From: an uncultured Gemmatimonadaceae bacterium
GTDB lineage: Bacteria; Gemmatimonadota; Gemmatimonadetes; Gemmatimonadales; GWC2-71-9
Direction: 5' to 3'
DNA: 64,000 nt
Assembly: GCA_964518955.1 (NCBI GenBank)
Contig: CAZFHS010000008.1
Location: 1,017 to 65,016 of the forward strand
Below the pieces are notes generated by a model. That model ran no database searches. It was not told where the DNA came from and was given only the letters and a program-made list of their open reading frames with translations. Made by a program: the position numbers and the translations under genes. Of the stretch, positions 56,641-64,000 are shown piece by piece. The first letter of the stretch is position 1. Every line of letters starts with the position of its first letter.

Positions 56641-56668
56641 TAAAGTATTGAGTCCAGTGTGCCGATAG
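56641..56668 (+). promoter_or_regulatory. Sigma28-type promoter for flgM
   Basis: TAAAGTAT-N12-GCCGATAG, about 80 nt upstream of the ATG at 56750. Confidence 0.65.
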
Positions 56669-56749
56669 TAGATAGTACAGTAGGCAGGTTCACGTCCTTC
56701 AGCTGAAAGGGACCGCGACCCGCCTGTCAGAGTTTATGCCGGAGGCAAT

Positions 56750-57061
56750 ATGACGGTCGAACCAACAAATCGAAGTCATGTACAACCTTCAAAAACGAGC
56801 AAGCCGAAAGACGCTGCCGCCGAAAAACAACCCGACTCCAAGCCCAAACAGGCATCGAGAATCCCGAACACCGTCGTGGACAAGGTGGAAGTTTCTTCCG
56901 CCGCACAGGAACTGCACGAACTAACCGGTTCTGAGCAAATCGATGCCAACACAGTTCCGACTGAGCGTATGCAGGAGATTGTGAAGCGCGTCGCAGACGG
57001 GTTTTATGACCAACCGGAAGTTCTCGATGAGACGGCGAAACGCGTGGCGGACGACATATAG
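56750..57061 (+). CDS. flgM: Anti-sigma28 factor FlgM
   Basis: 103 aa with a disordered N-terminus. C-terminus ERMQEIVKRVADGFYDQPEVLDETAKRVADDI is typical of FlgM. GGAGG RBS. Confidence 0.7.
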   Translation: MTVEPTNRSHVQPSKTSKPKDAAAEKQPDSKPKQASRIPNTVVDKVEVSSAAQELHELTGSEQIDANTVPTERMQEIVKRVADGFYDQPEVLDETAKRVADDI

Positions 57062-57144
57062 CAGACAAAGGGTGAAGGGTTCCGCCAGGCCACCATCTGC
57101 AGTGACCTAGCGGTCTAGTTTGGCAGGACGTCAGGAAGGATGTT

Positions 57145-58200
57145 TTACACCATTGCCAGGACTTCGACGGGCGAACTCTGCCCGCGACGCTTGGCTTTCG
57201 TTTTTGTGGGCTGTTTCACCAAAATCCTGTATGAGGGCCGTTTCGATTTTTCGCGATAAAGGGCCTGGTCTGCTTTCCTCAACAGATCCTCGAGGCATTC
57301 GTCGGAACCCGTCACTACCGTAGTACCAATGCTGAGCGAAAGATCATATTTGAGCTCACCCGATTCATTCGCTCGGACGAGGCAATCCTCGATCTTCTGC
57401 TTCAGCGCTGCCTTTCCGAAATCGTCGATGTCGAATGCGAGCGCGACGAACTCGTCTCCGCCAAACCGTGCCACGATATCCGATTCCCTGAAACAGGACT
57501 TGAGCAATTCGGCGGTTTTGGCAATTGCGCGGTCTCCCTCGTCGTGACCGTATGTATCGTTTATCTCTTTGAGTCCGTCTAGGTCGGCACTCAATATCAG
57601 CGAACGTTTGCGCTGACGCCGCGTCATCCGCACGTGCGAATCAGCCAGCGTCCAGAACCCCCGCCGATTCAGCAATCCCGTCAACGGGTCCGTCATCGAA
57701 AGGTCTCGCAACTGCAGCACCTGACGGTGACGATCGACTGCGCACCTGAGTGAGTGTGCCAGCGAATGAGGCGTCACCTGTTCCCTGATCAGATAGTCTT
57801 GAGCACCACGGCGTACAGCCTCCTGTGCCCGCGGTTCATCCTCCATTCCGACAACGACCACGATCGGAATCCGTTGTGCCAGTGTAGAAAGCATCGAGAA
57901 CGAATCCAGCCCTGTAACGTCGACCAGACTAAGATCCATCATAACCGCATCGAACTTTTCACGACCGAGTCGATCGACACCTGCGCTGACTCGATCCACG
58001 GTTTCTATTCTGAGGTCACCGTAACAGGAGATTTGTATCATTTGCCTGAAGAAAACCGCGTCGGAATCGTTGGCTGACATGATCAGTATCCGCGAGCACG
58101 GCGTTTGTTCGTCGACGAAAGTCGCGAACGGTATCGAATCTCTTAGCGCTGCCTGGCCTGTGGATAGCATCTGTACACTCTGCTCCAATCTCTCGTTCAC
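57145..58200 (-). CDS. Response regulator diguanylate cyclase (REC - GGDEF)
   Basis: REC (AVMMDLSL), coiled linker, GGDEF domain with an intact active site (RFGGDEF). RxxD I-site lies 5 residues upstream (RESD). Confidence 0.88.
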   Translation of the reverse strand: MNERLEQSVQMLSTGQAALRDSIPFATFVDEQTPCSRILIMSANDSDAVFFRQMIQISCYGDLRIETVDRVSAGVDRLGREKFDAVMMDLSLVDVTGLDSFSMLSTLAQRIPIVVVVGMEDEPRAQEAVRRGAQDYLIREQVTPHSLAHSLRCAVDRHRQVLQLRDLSMTDPLTGLLNRRGFWTLADSHVRMTRRQRKRSLILSADLDGLKEINDTYGHDEGDRAIAKTAELLKSCFRESDIVARFGGDEFVALAFDIDDFGKAALKQKIEDCLVRANESGELKYDLSLSIGTTVVTGSDECLEDLLRKADQALYREKSKRPSYRILVKQPTKTKAKRRGQSSPVEVLAMV

Positions 58201-58288
58201 TCAGAATAGATTGTTTCAGGCCACCCATTTCGCAGAAACCGTGCCGAGGCGTTCTAGGCCACCGGACATGCCTCTAAATAATTACCAC

Positions 58289-58308
58289 ACAATGATTTAC
58301 ATCATTGT
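58289..58308. promoter_or_regulatory. 20-bp palindrome in an AT-rich spacer upstream of the REC-GGDEF gene
   Basis: ACAATGAT-TTAC-ATCATTGT (perfect 8-bp arms) inside the 171-nt gap between the REC-HDOD stop and the REC-GGDEF start. Operator or hairpin; undecided. Confidence 0.3.
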
Positions 58309-58371
58309 TCCTACTAGATTCACGCACTCGTCCGGGCCCCCAAAAGCCCATAGAGCGGAAGATACTGCCGG

Positions 58372-59571
58372 TCAGTCAGCGGGTTCGAACAAGTCTCGTA
58401 TCGACTCCCTCCACTCTTCCAGGCGGTCCGCCACACCAACCGAGGCCAAGTAGTCATGGTTCAAGAGAGCAATGGCCCCATTTTCGGTCTGGGGTTCCAA
58501 TTCCCTGACGAGCACGTCCGCGATGTGAACGGCTGTTGCTGAATCCAGCTCCGGAGACGCTAAACCGTCAGGAGCATGGTGATGCGCTACTGCCTCCACT
58601 ACCGCACGCGGCAGTCCCCAAATACCTAGCAAATACCCACCGATTTCCGCGTGCGTGGTGTCCAGTTCTTCCTGTTCGACCGCATACATTGGTCGCCGCT
58701 CGGAACCCGCCCTTTGAACGACCGTCTTCAGTATTTCGGGCAATTTCGCCGCGAGCACTAGCTTGCCGACGTCATGCAGCATGCCGGCCATGAATGAATC
58801 ATCCGCTTCCGCTTTGCCGCGCAGTATCGCAGCTGACGCACGGGCAACGCACAAAGAATGTTGTTGCTCTACGGCCGCTGAGAAACCCGGAATATCCCCG
58901 TTCTGTTTGAACGCCTCGAACACCCCGGCCGTGAGCGCCATGCTCTTGATGACGTTGAACCCGAGGCGCGCGACAGCCTCATCGATACTCGCAGTATCGA
59001 CCTGGGCTCCGAAAAACGCCGAACGCACCATCTGAAGTACCTTCGCACTCATCCCCGGATCCTCTTTGAGGATCTCGGCCACTTCAACCAACGAGGTCTC
59101 CTCACGCGCAAGCAGTTCCACTAGCCGTGTGTACACCTTAGGCGCACTCGGAAGCGAGTCGATCCCGCCGACTAGGCTCTGCAGCTTTGTGTCAGCCATC
59201 AGCTGCCTCAGACCGCACAGCCGGTCTAGCGTGGCTTCGAGGAGCACGACGTCGAACGGCTTGGCCAGGAACTGGTGGGCAACCTTGGCTGCTCGGAGTG
59301 CGGCGCTTCGATCGCTTTGTCCGGACAGAATGATACGAACCACACCAGGGTCGATATCGCGCACTCGCTCGAGCAGTCCAGCTCCGTCCATGCCGGGCAT
59401 TCGCATGTCCGAGACGACGATATCGAAGCTCGCGGTTTCCATAACCTGAAGAGCTGCCGTGCCGCAATCAGCGAACGCCAGCTCCCAATCGGGCCTGCGC
59501 CGTGTGAGCAATCTTCTAATACCGTCCCTAAGGAATGGTTCGTCGTCGACGAACAACAGCCTCGTACTCAT
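58372..59571 (-). CDS. Response regulator with HDOD output domain (REC - HDOD)
   Basis: REC with intact D/S/K (VVSDMRMPGMDG, LAKP). HDOD (LPSAPKVYTRLVELL, AGMLHDVGKL, AHHHAP). ATGA overlap with the upstream kinase. Confidence 0.85.
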   Translation of the reverse strand: MSTRLLFVDDEPFLRDGIRRLLTRRRPDWELAFADCGTAALQVMETASFDIVVSDMRMPGMDGAGLLERVRDIDPGVVRIILSGQSDRSAALRAAKVAHQFLAKPFDVVLLEATLDRLCGLRQLMADTKLQSLVGGIDSLPSAPKVYTRLVELLAREETSLVEVAEILKEDPGMSAKVLQMVRSAFFGAQVDTASIDEAVARLGFNVIKSMALTAGVFEAFKQNGDIPGFSAAVEQQHSLCVARASAAILRGKAEADDSFMAGMLHDVGKLVLAAKLPEILKTVVQRAGSERRPMYAVEQEELDTTHAEIGGYLLGIWGLPRAVVEAVAHHHAPDGLASPELDSATAVHIADVLVRELEPQTENGAIALLNHDYLASVGVADRLEEWRESIRDLFEPAD

Positions 59572-60833
59572 CTCGCTAGCCCTCCTCGAATCCGTTCTTC
59601 CATCTCCACCTTCTCGTTGTCGCCCGTTTCACGAAACGGCAAGAGGATGGTGAAGACCGCCCCTTCTCCCATTTCCGACTCAGCTTGTATCGACCCGCTG
59701 TGTTTGTCGACGATCACAGACCTGGCCAGAGCTAGCCCCTGCCCCGTACCCTTCCCGGCGTCTTTTGTGGTGAAGAACGGGACAAAAATCGCATGCAGAA
59801 GGTCGGACGGAATGCCCACTCCGTTGTCACACACCTGAATTTCGGCATACCCGCCACGTTTCCTTGTCGCGATCGTGATATGGCCCATCTCACCAGGTGA
59901 ACCCGCCACCTTGTCAGCTATCGAATGCGCCGCGTTGGTAACTAGGTTCAGGATTACTTGACTGAATTCGTGAATCCAGCATGAGACGCTGGGCAACCCT
60001 TCGTCGAAATCGAGCTCAACGTCCGCCACGTAGCGCCACTCGTTGCGGCACACGGCCACAGCGTTTTCAATGGCTCTATTTATGTTTGCAGCCGTCTTTT
60101 CGTCTGCAGCGGGATGGAGGAATTCCCTCAGCGCCGCTGCGATCCTGTTTATGCGACCCAGCCCTTCCAACGTCTGCTCCAACGCTTCCGAAATCTCCAG
60201 CTCTAGATCGGCTACGCCCGCCTGCTCGGTCTTGAGGGCTAGTTCGGCGATCGCTTCATCAACCGGTTCGCCGCGTCGTGAACATTCCACGATCCGGTCA
60301 CCGACCCGGACCAATTCCCCTAGCACTGCCAACGCATCCCTGAGGAAGTGCACATTGTCGTTGACGTACTGCGTGGGCGTGTTGATCTCGTGAGCGACGC
60401 CCGCCGCAATTCGTCCGAGCCCTTCCAGTTTCTGCGCATTTACGCTCTCGGTCGTCGGGCGATCTGGTTCGCTGGAACTGTTGAGCGCGACCAATGCGCC
60501 TACAACGGTCCCATCGATCGTCACCGGAACCGTGGCGTAGTCCAAAGAACGTCCGTTTCCATTGCACGAATCCGCTGCCCCGCCGGCGCCTTTGCGCGCA
60601 ACTCCATCGCGAATGCAGCCTCGTACGGGGTGCTCATCTGCGTTGGCGGGTGGCTTCAGTATGCCCTCCACAGGGCATCCTAGTACATCGTCCAGCTGGC
60701 GCCCAATGATCCGCGCAGCAGCGGGACTCGCATAACGAAGCACACCTTGCTCGTCCACCGCCAACACCGCCTCCTTGACGGTCTCGAGCACTCTACCCGC
60801 AAACGAGATTGGGTCCTTCACAACGAACGTCAT
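59568..60833 (-). CDS. Soluble PAS-sensor histidine kinase
   Basis: N-terminal PAS-like segment (AVLAVDEQGVLRYASPAAARIIG), H-box GVAHEINTP, HATPase (DNGVGIP, GTGQGLALA). GAGGAAGGA RBS. Confidence 0.85.
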   Translation of the reverse strand: MTFVVKDPISFAGRVLETVKEAVLAVDEQGVLRYASPAAARIIGRQLDDVLGCPVEGILKPPANADEHPVRGCIRDGVARKGAGGAADSCNGNGRSLDYATVPVTIDGTVVGALVALNSSSEPDRPTTESVNAQKLEGLGRIAAGVAHEINTPTQYVNDNVHFLRDALAVLGELVRVGDRIVECSRRGEPVDEAIAELALKTEQAGVADLELEISEALEQTLEGLGRINRIAAALREFLHPAADEKTAANINRAIENAVAVCRNEWRYVADVELDFDEGLPSVSCWIHEFSQVILNLVTNAAHSIADKVAGSPGEMGHITIATRKRGGYAEIQVCDNGVGIPSDLLHAIFVPFFTTKDAGKGTGQGLALARSVIVDKHSGSIQAESEMGEGAVFTILLPFRETGDNEKVEMEERIRGGLAR

Positions 60834-60912
60834 CTAGTCCTTCCTCTGAGTTGCCCCACCCTCCTTGGTCAGTACAAACACGCCGATCGACGAGACCGGG
60901 GATGTTGATTAA

Positions 60913-60939
60913 GGATCGGCAAGATCCAGGGTTTCTTGA
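60913..60939 (-). promoter_or_regulatory. Sigma28-type promoter for the PAS-kinase/REC-HDOD operon
   Basis: Reverse strand reads TCAA-N15-GCCGATCC, about 80 nt upstream of the ATG at 60833. Confidence 0.5.
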
Positions 60940-60957
60940 GGATCGTTGGGAAGGCGC

Positions 60958-60984
60958 TAAAGAAACGGGCCTCGCGGCCGATCT
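60958..60984 (+). promoter_or_regulatory. Sigma28-type promoter for the second stator operon
   Basis: TAAAGAAA-N11-GCCGATCT, about 75 nt upstream of the GTG at 61058. GAGGAG RBS. Confidence 0.6.
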
Positions 60985-61057
60985 TAGAGACGAATGAGCG
61001 CGCCCCTGCGTACCACGCGGGGGAGTATCCGTATACTGATTTGAGGAGTAATCCACT

Positions 61058-61834
61058 GTGGACAAGGGAACTCTGTTCGGCGTTGTAGCTGGCTTGCTGC
61101 TCGTGGGAGGCTCCATAGCCATGGGCTCAGGGGTCCAGATTTTCTTGAGCCCTTCGTCGCTGCTTATCGTGTTCGGTGGTACTCTTGCGGCTACGGCAAT
61201 AGCGTTCCCGACCAAGGAGCTCAAGCTGATCCCCCCGGTAGTACGGCGTGTATTCAAGGATCCCAAGTCGGAAATGCTCGCGATCATGCAATTTTTGATG
61301 GAGAGCCGGAAGCTCGCCAGCAAAGAAGGTCCCCTCGCTCTGGAAAAGATGGCTCAGGAAGCTCCATCAGACCCTCTGAAGAAGGGGCTGACGCTGATTG
61401 CGGACGGTACCGACGGAACGGCCCTCAGGGAAATCCTCACTACCGACCAGATGACTGTCGAAGACCACCACAGAACCGGGCAACGCATCTTCAACGAGAT
61501 GGGCAAATTTGCGCCCGCGTTCGGGATGATTGGAACACTAATCGGGTTGGTGCAGATGTTGGCCACGCTCGACGACCCTGCCTCCATCGGTCCGTCAATG
61601 GCAGTAGCGCTCCTGACAACCTTCTACGGGGCGCTCCTCGCAAACATGTTTTTCTTGCCGATGGTCACGAAACTAGACCGTCGGATCAAAATCGAAGATC
61701 AGCAGATCGAACTCATGATCGTCGGGATGATGTCTATCAACCACAATGACAGCCTGGCCATCATGCGCGAGAAGATGAAGGCATATTTGGCCGAACAACC
61801 CGAAAACTTCGACGAGCTCCTGAGCGGTAGATGA
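61058..61834 (+). CDS. pomA: Second stator A subunit, PomA/MotC/MotP-type
   Basis: 258 aa, collinear with PomA-type proteins (MDxxTLxG start, FAPAFGMIGTLIGLVQML, DDPASIGPSMAVALLTTFYGALLANMFFLP). Ion specificity cannot be inferred from the sequence. Confidence 0.88.
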   Translation: MDKGTLFGVVAGLLLVGGSIAMGSGVQIFLSPSSLLIVFGGTLAATAIAFPTKELKLIPPVVRRVFKDPKSEMLAIMQFLMESRKLASKEGPLALEKMAQEAPSDPLKKGLTLIADGTDGTALREILTTDQMTVEDHHRTGQRIFNEMGKFAPAFGMIGTLIGLVQMLATLDDPASIGPSMAVALLTTFYGALLANMFFLPMVTKLDRRIKIEDQQIELMIVGMMSINHNDSLAIMREKMKAYLAEQPENFDELLSGR

Positions 61835-62700
61835 GCGCCGCGCCAGTCCTGCAAGTCGAGCCGGATGCGTCCACTACACCAGTAGCACCCGATATTTCGC
61901 AGTCGCCGGCGCCCGAGCGCAAGAAGTCAGACCCCCCCCCGGAGGAAGGTGCGCCTACCTGGATGGTCACCTTTGGCGACATGATGGCGCTGCTACTGAC
62001 ATTCTTCATTCTGTTGTTTTCGATGTCCGAAATCGAAGTCGACAAATTCCGTGAGGCGGCAAAGTCACTGCACGAGGGTTTTGGATCAGCTGCGATAGAC
62101 TATGGGGATTATGTACCCGTTCCAACTCCCGAGGCCACAGATTCGAACGCGCCGGGAGTCGCTGATCCTGTAGATGACCGCCTCGACGAGATCGCTACCG
62201 CTCTCGAGACCTTTGCTGTTGAAAACGGTCTCGAAACCAGCCTGCTAGTTGATCGTACAGACGAGGGCGTCTACCTCAGGATCAACGATGCGGCGCTGTT
62301 CCAGGCCGGATTTGCTGAGGTGGAACCCGATAGGCTTTGGATTATCGAAAAACTCAGCCTCATAACGAGTGCAGTCGACTTCCCGGTCAACGTGGCAGGC
62401 CATTCGGACAACACTCCGATCAGCAGCATCCGATATAGGTCAAACTGGGAACTCTCCGCGGCTAGAGCGGCGGGAGTCGCACGAGCATTGGTGGACTTGG
62501 GGCACAACCCGGCAGAGGTGCAGGTTACAGCGTTTGGTGAGTACCGGCCGATCGCTTCCAACGAGACGACTGAGGGCAGATCCCGCAACCGCCGTGTCGA
62601 CCTGTTCTACTCACGACAGACAGCACTAGAAGCAATGCTCGCGGAAGAAGATGATTCAACCGCGGCAACGGTCGAAGTGTCGCCGGCCGACTCGCTCTGA
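61831..62700 (+). CDS. pomB: Second stator B subunit, PomB/MotD/MotS-type (OmpA-like)
   Basis: ATGA overlap with the A subunit. APTWMVTFGDMMALLLTFFILLF carries the conserved Asp. OmpA-like C-terminus (NWELSAARAAGVAR, SRNRRVDL). Confidence 0.86.
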   Translation: MSAAPVLQVEPDASTTPVAPDISQSPAPERKKSDPPPEEGAPTWMVTFGDMMALLLTFFILLFSMSEIEVDKFREAAKSLHEGFGSAAIDYGDYVPVPTPEATDSNAPGVADPVDDRLDEIATALETFAVENGLETSLLVDRTDEGVYLRINDAALFQAGFAEVEPDRLWIIEKLSLITSAVDFPVNVAGHSDNTPISSIRYRSNWELSAARAAGVARALVDLGHNPAEVQVTAFGEYRPIASNETTEGRSRNRRVDLFYSRQTALEAMLAEEDDSTAATVEVSPADSL

Positions 62701-62760
62701 CAACTAGTTAGGGTTTCGCTGAATCGCAACAAGGCAGGACATTTTCCAACCACCCAAGGG

Positions 62761-63012
62761 TTACCAAACGGTGCGTAACCCGCCTCCTAGGACCCTGGCC
62801 ACGTGGGAAATGATTGCGCTGGCAACCTTTTCGCTGCGCCTCGTAGATGTGAGTCTACGGGCAATATCAGAGAGCGCCTTGCTGGCTGCGTCGTCCACTT
62901 CCACCCAGCACTCCTCCAGGGGTTCTCTAGCGCATAGCGCAGTGGATTGTATCACCATCATGTCTTCATTATCGGCGCGGCAGTGACAAGGCTTGAGCTG
63001 GATTGTCGCCAA
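62761..63012 (-). CDS. Doubtful small ORF (83 aa, TTG start)
   Basis: Lies 6 nt downstream of the RCK/REC gene. No recognisable family and no clear RBS. Kept only because no better-supported feature explains this 300-nt stretch. Confidence 0.2.
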   Translation of the reverse strand: MATIQLKPCHCRADNEDMMVIQSTALCAREPLEECWVEVDDAASKALSDIARRLTSTRRSEKVASAIISHVARVLGGGLRTVW

Positions 63013-63018
63013 CTTCTG

Positions 63019-63996
63019 TCACGCAGCGACGAGCATCTCCTGGATCTTTGATAACAGCTCTGACGTCCTAAAACCTCTCCTCAGACATCTGTCCGCACCT
63101 GCTTCCAACCCTTTCCGATCCGAATCGTCATCGTCCTCAACGGAGTAGAGGACCAGACGGCAGTTCACCAGTTCTGGCATCTGCCGGAGATCGCTGCAGG
63201 TCTTGTAGGTATCAGTCCCAGAAATCTCAGCGTGCAGCGCTATCAGTTGTGGCCTGACGTCACTTGCTACGGCCAGAGCTTCCTCACCTGACGCAGCGAC
63301 CGTGAGCGTATGGCCGGCTGCCCTCAGTTTCCGCACCAGCTGCAGGCGAAGGGCTCGTTGGTCGTCGACAATGAGGACCTTCTTTGGAGATGTCTGGCCC
63401 TTGGCAAGCCCTCTTTCGGCGACCCTGCCATCGATACAAAGGATCACTGCATCGCGAGGTGCTATCACCGTGTCTGGATTGGGCATGGTCTCCGTCGTTC
63501 CGTCGGATCTCCTCAGCGCCAGTGCGGTCATCGCATTCGAAAGTTTGATCACATCACCCACGGTCTTTGCGACTCCGTCATTCTGGTTGAACACACAGAG
63601 CTTGAATCCGGAGTTCGAACCCAGATCGCCAATCGTCTCCAGCATCCCTTCAGATTGATGATTCTCGGCTATGATTCGCGCGATCTGCTGTCCGCCGAGT
63701 GTCAGCGGAGAAACAACTTTATCCGCACCAGCACGCAACATCCTGTCCTCGACGCCTTTCTGTTCGACTCTCGAGACAATCAAGATCTTGGGGTTGAGTT
63801 CGCGTGCCGCTAGCGAGATGAACAAATTGTCGGCGTCGTCGTTCAGAGCCGCCACGACTCCAACCGCCTGCTCGACACCGACTGACTCGAGAGCTCTGTC
63901 GGTCGTGGCGTTCGCTCTCTTCACCAGAAACCCACGGTCTTCGCTCTGTTTCACCAAATCTTCGTCGTGCTCAATGATGACAAACTGGAGCCCCAA
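63019..63996 (-). CDS. RCK (TrkA_N + TrkA_C) domains fused to a C-terminal pseudo-receiver; N-terminus outside window
   Basis: ORF runs off the window edge. TrkA_N-like (VVAALNDDADNLFISLAARELNP), then a TrkA_C-like segment. The REC fold (KKVLIVDDQRAL) has His at the acceptor position (QLIALHAEISGTD) and Arg for the conserved Lys. Confidence 0.7.
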   Translation of the reverse strand: MGLQFVIIEHDEDLVKQSEDRGFLVKRANATTDRALESVGVEQAVGVVAALNDDADNLFISLAARELNPKILIVSRVEQKGVEDRMLRAGADKVVSPLTLGGQQIARIIAENHQSEGMLETIGDLGSNSGFKLCVFNQNDGVAKTVGDVIKLSNAMTALALRRSDGTTETMPNPDTVIAPRDAVILCIDGRVAERGLAKGQTSPKKVLIVDDQRALRLQLVRKLRAAGHTLTVAASGEEALAVASDVRPQLIALHAEISGTDTYKTCSDLRQMPELVNCRLVLYSVEDDDDSDRKGLEAGADRCLRRGFRTSELLSKIQEMLVAA

Positions 63997-64000
63997 CCTC

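Noticed and set aside
60793-61323. 176-aa minus-strand ORF spanning the kinase/stator intergenic region.
   Set aside because: It crosses two predicted promoters and runs antisense to the start of the PomA-type gene. Its translation is low in complexity and has no recognisable domain.
1-64000. Looked for CRISPR arrays, tRNA/rRNA genes, transposases, integrases, phage or defence-system genes and long nucleotide repeats.
   Set aside because: No regularly spaced direct repeats, no RNA-gene-like segments and no ORF with recombinase, transposase or nuclease signatures were seen. Intergenic regions are short and are explained by promoters and hairpins.

Overview
GC-rich bacterial chromosomal segment from a diderm (L- and P-ring genes are present). 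No rRNA, tRNA, CRISPR array, transposase, integrase or phage gene was recognised. Taxon is undetermined; the left-hand enzymes (TolB-propeller amidohydrolase, FtsX-type permease) are of a kind common in Gemmatimonadota/Acidobacteriota, which is only a weak hint.

Positions 1-12 kb hold unrelated enzymes and transport genes: an FtsX/MacB-type permease fragment, a DoxX remnant, a beta-lactamase-fold hydrolase with TPR tail, the TolB-propeller amidohydrolase, a Tat-signal aldo/keto reductase, a fatty-acid desaturase, an M20 peptidase and two hypotheticals.

Positions 12-64 kb hold an almost complete flagellar regulon. About 27 kb of the minus strand (52176 down to 24995) is an uninterrupted run of tightly coupled genes with many ATGA/TGATG overlaps. 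Three sigma54-type -24/-12 boxes split it into three operons:
- flgB-flgC-orf88-fliEFGHIJ-(MgtE_N-like)-fliK-flgD-flgE
- fliLMN-fliO::fliP-fliQR-flhBAFG-fliA-orf143
- flgFGAHI-(rod-binding)-(flgN-like)-flgK

A sigma54 enhancer-binding response regulator lies next to flgB. flgL, a short flagellin, flbT, flaF and flgM are on the plus strand. I read seven sigma28-type promoters (TAAA/TCAA-N15-16-GCCGATAA-like). They lie in front of fliC, flgM, both stator operons (MotAB-type and PomAB-type) and three signalling transcription units.

The most unusual content is the signalling machinery wired into the locus:
- a seven-gene island with HDOD, hybrid-kinase, Hpt and PilZ domains
- a doubly degenerate pseudo-receiver/HD-GYP protein translationally coupled to motB
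- a PAS-kinase / REC-HDOD / REC-GGDEF unit divergent from the second stator

No cheA/W/B/R or MCP gene is present in the window, and FliM lacks the CheY-P docking peptide. fliD, fliS and a FlgJ-type muramidase were also not seen. All promoter, domain and motif calls come from reading the sequence and ORF translations by eye; none was computed.
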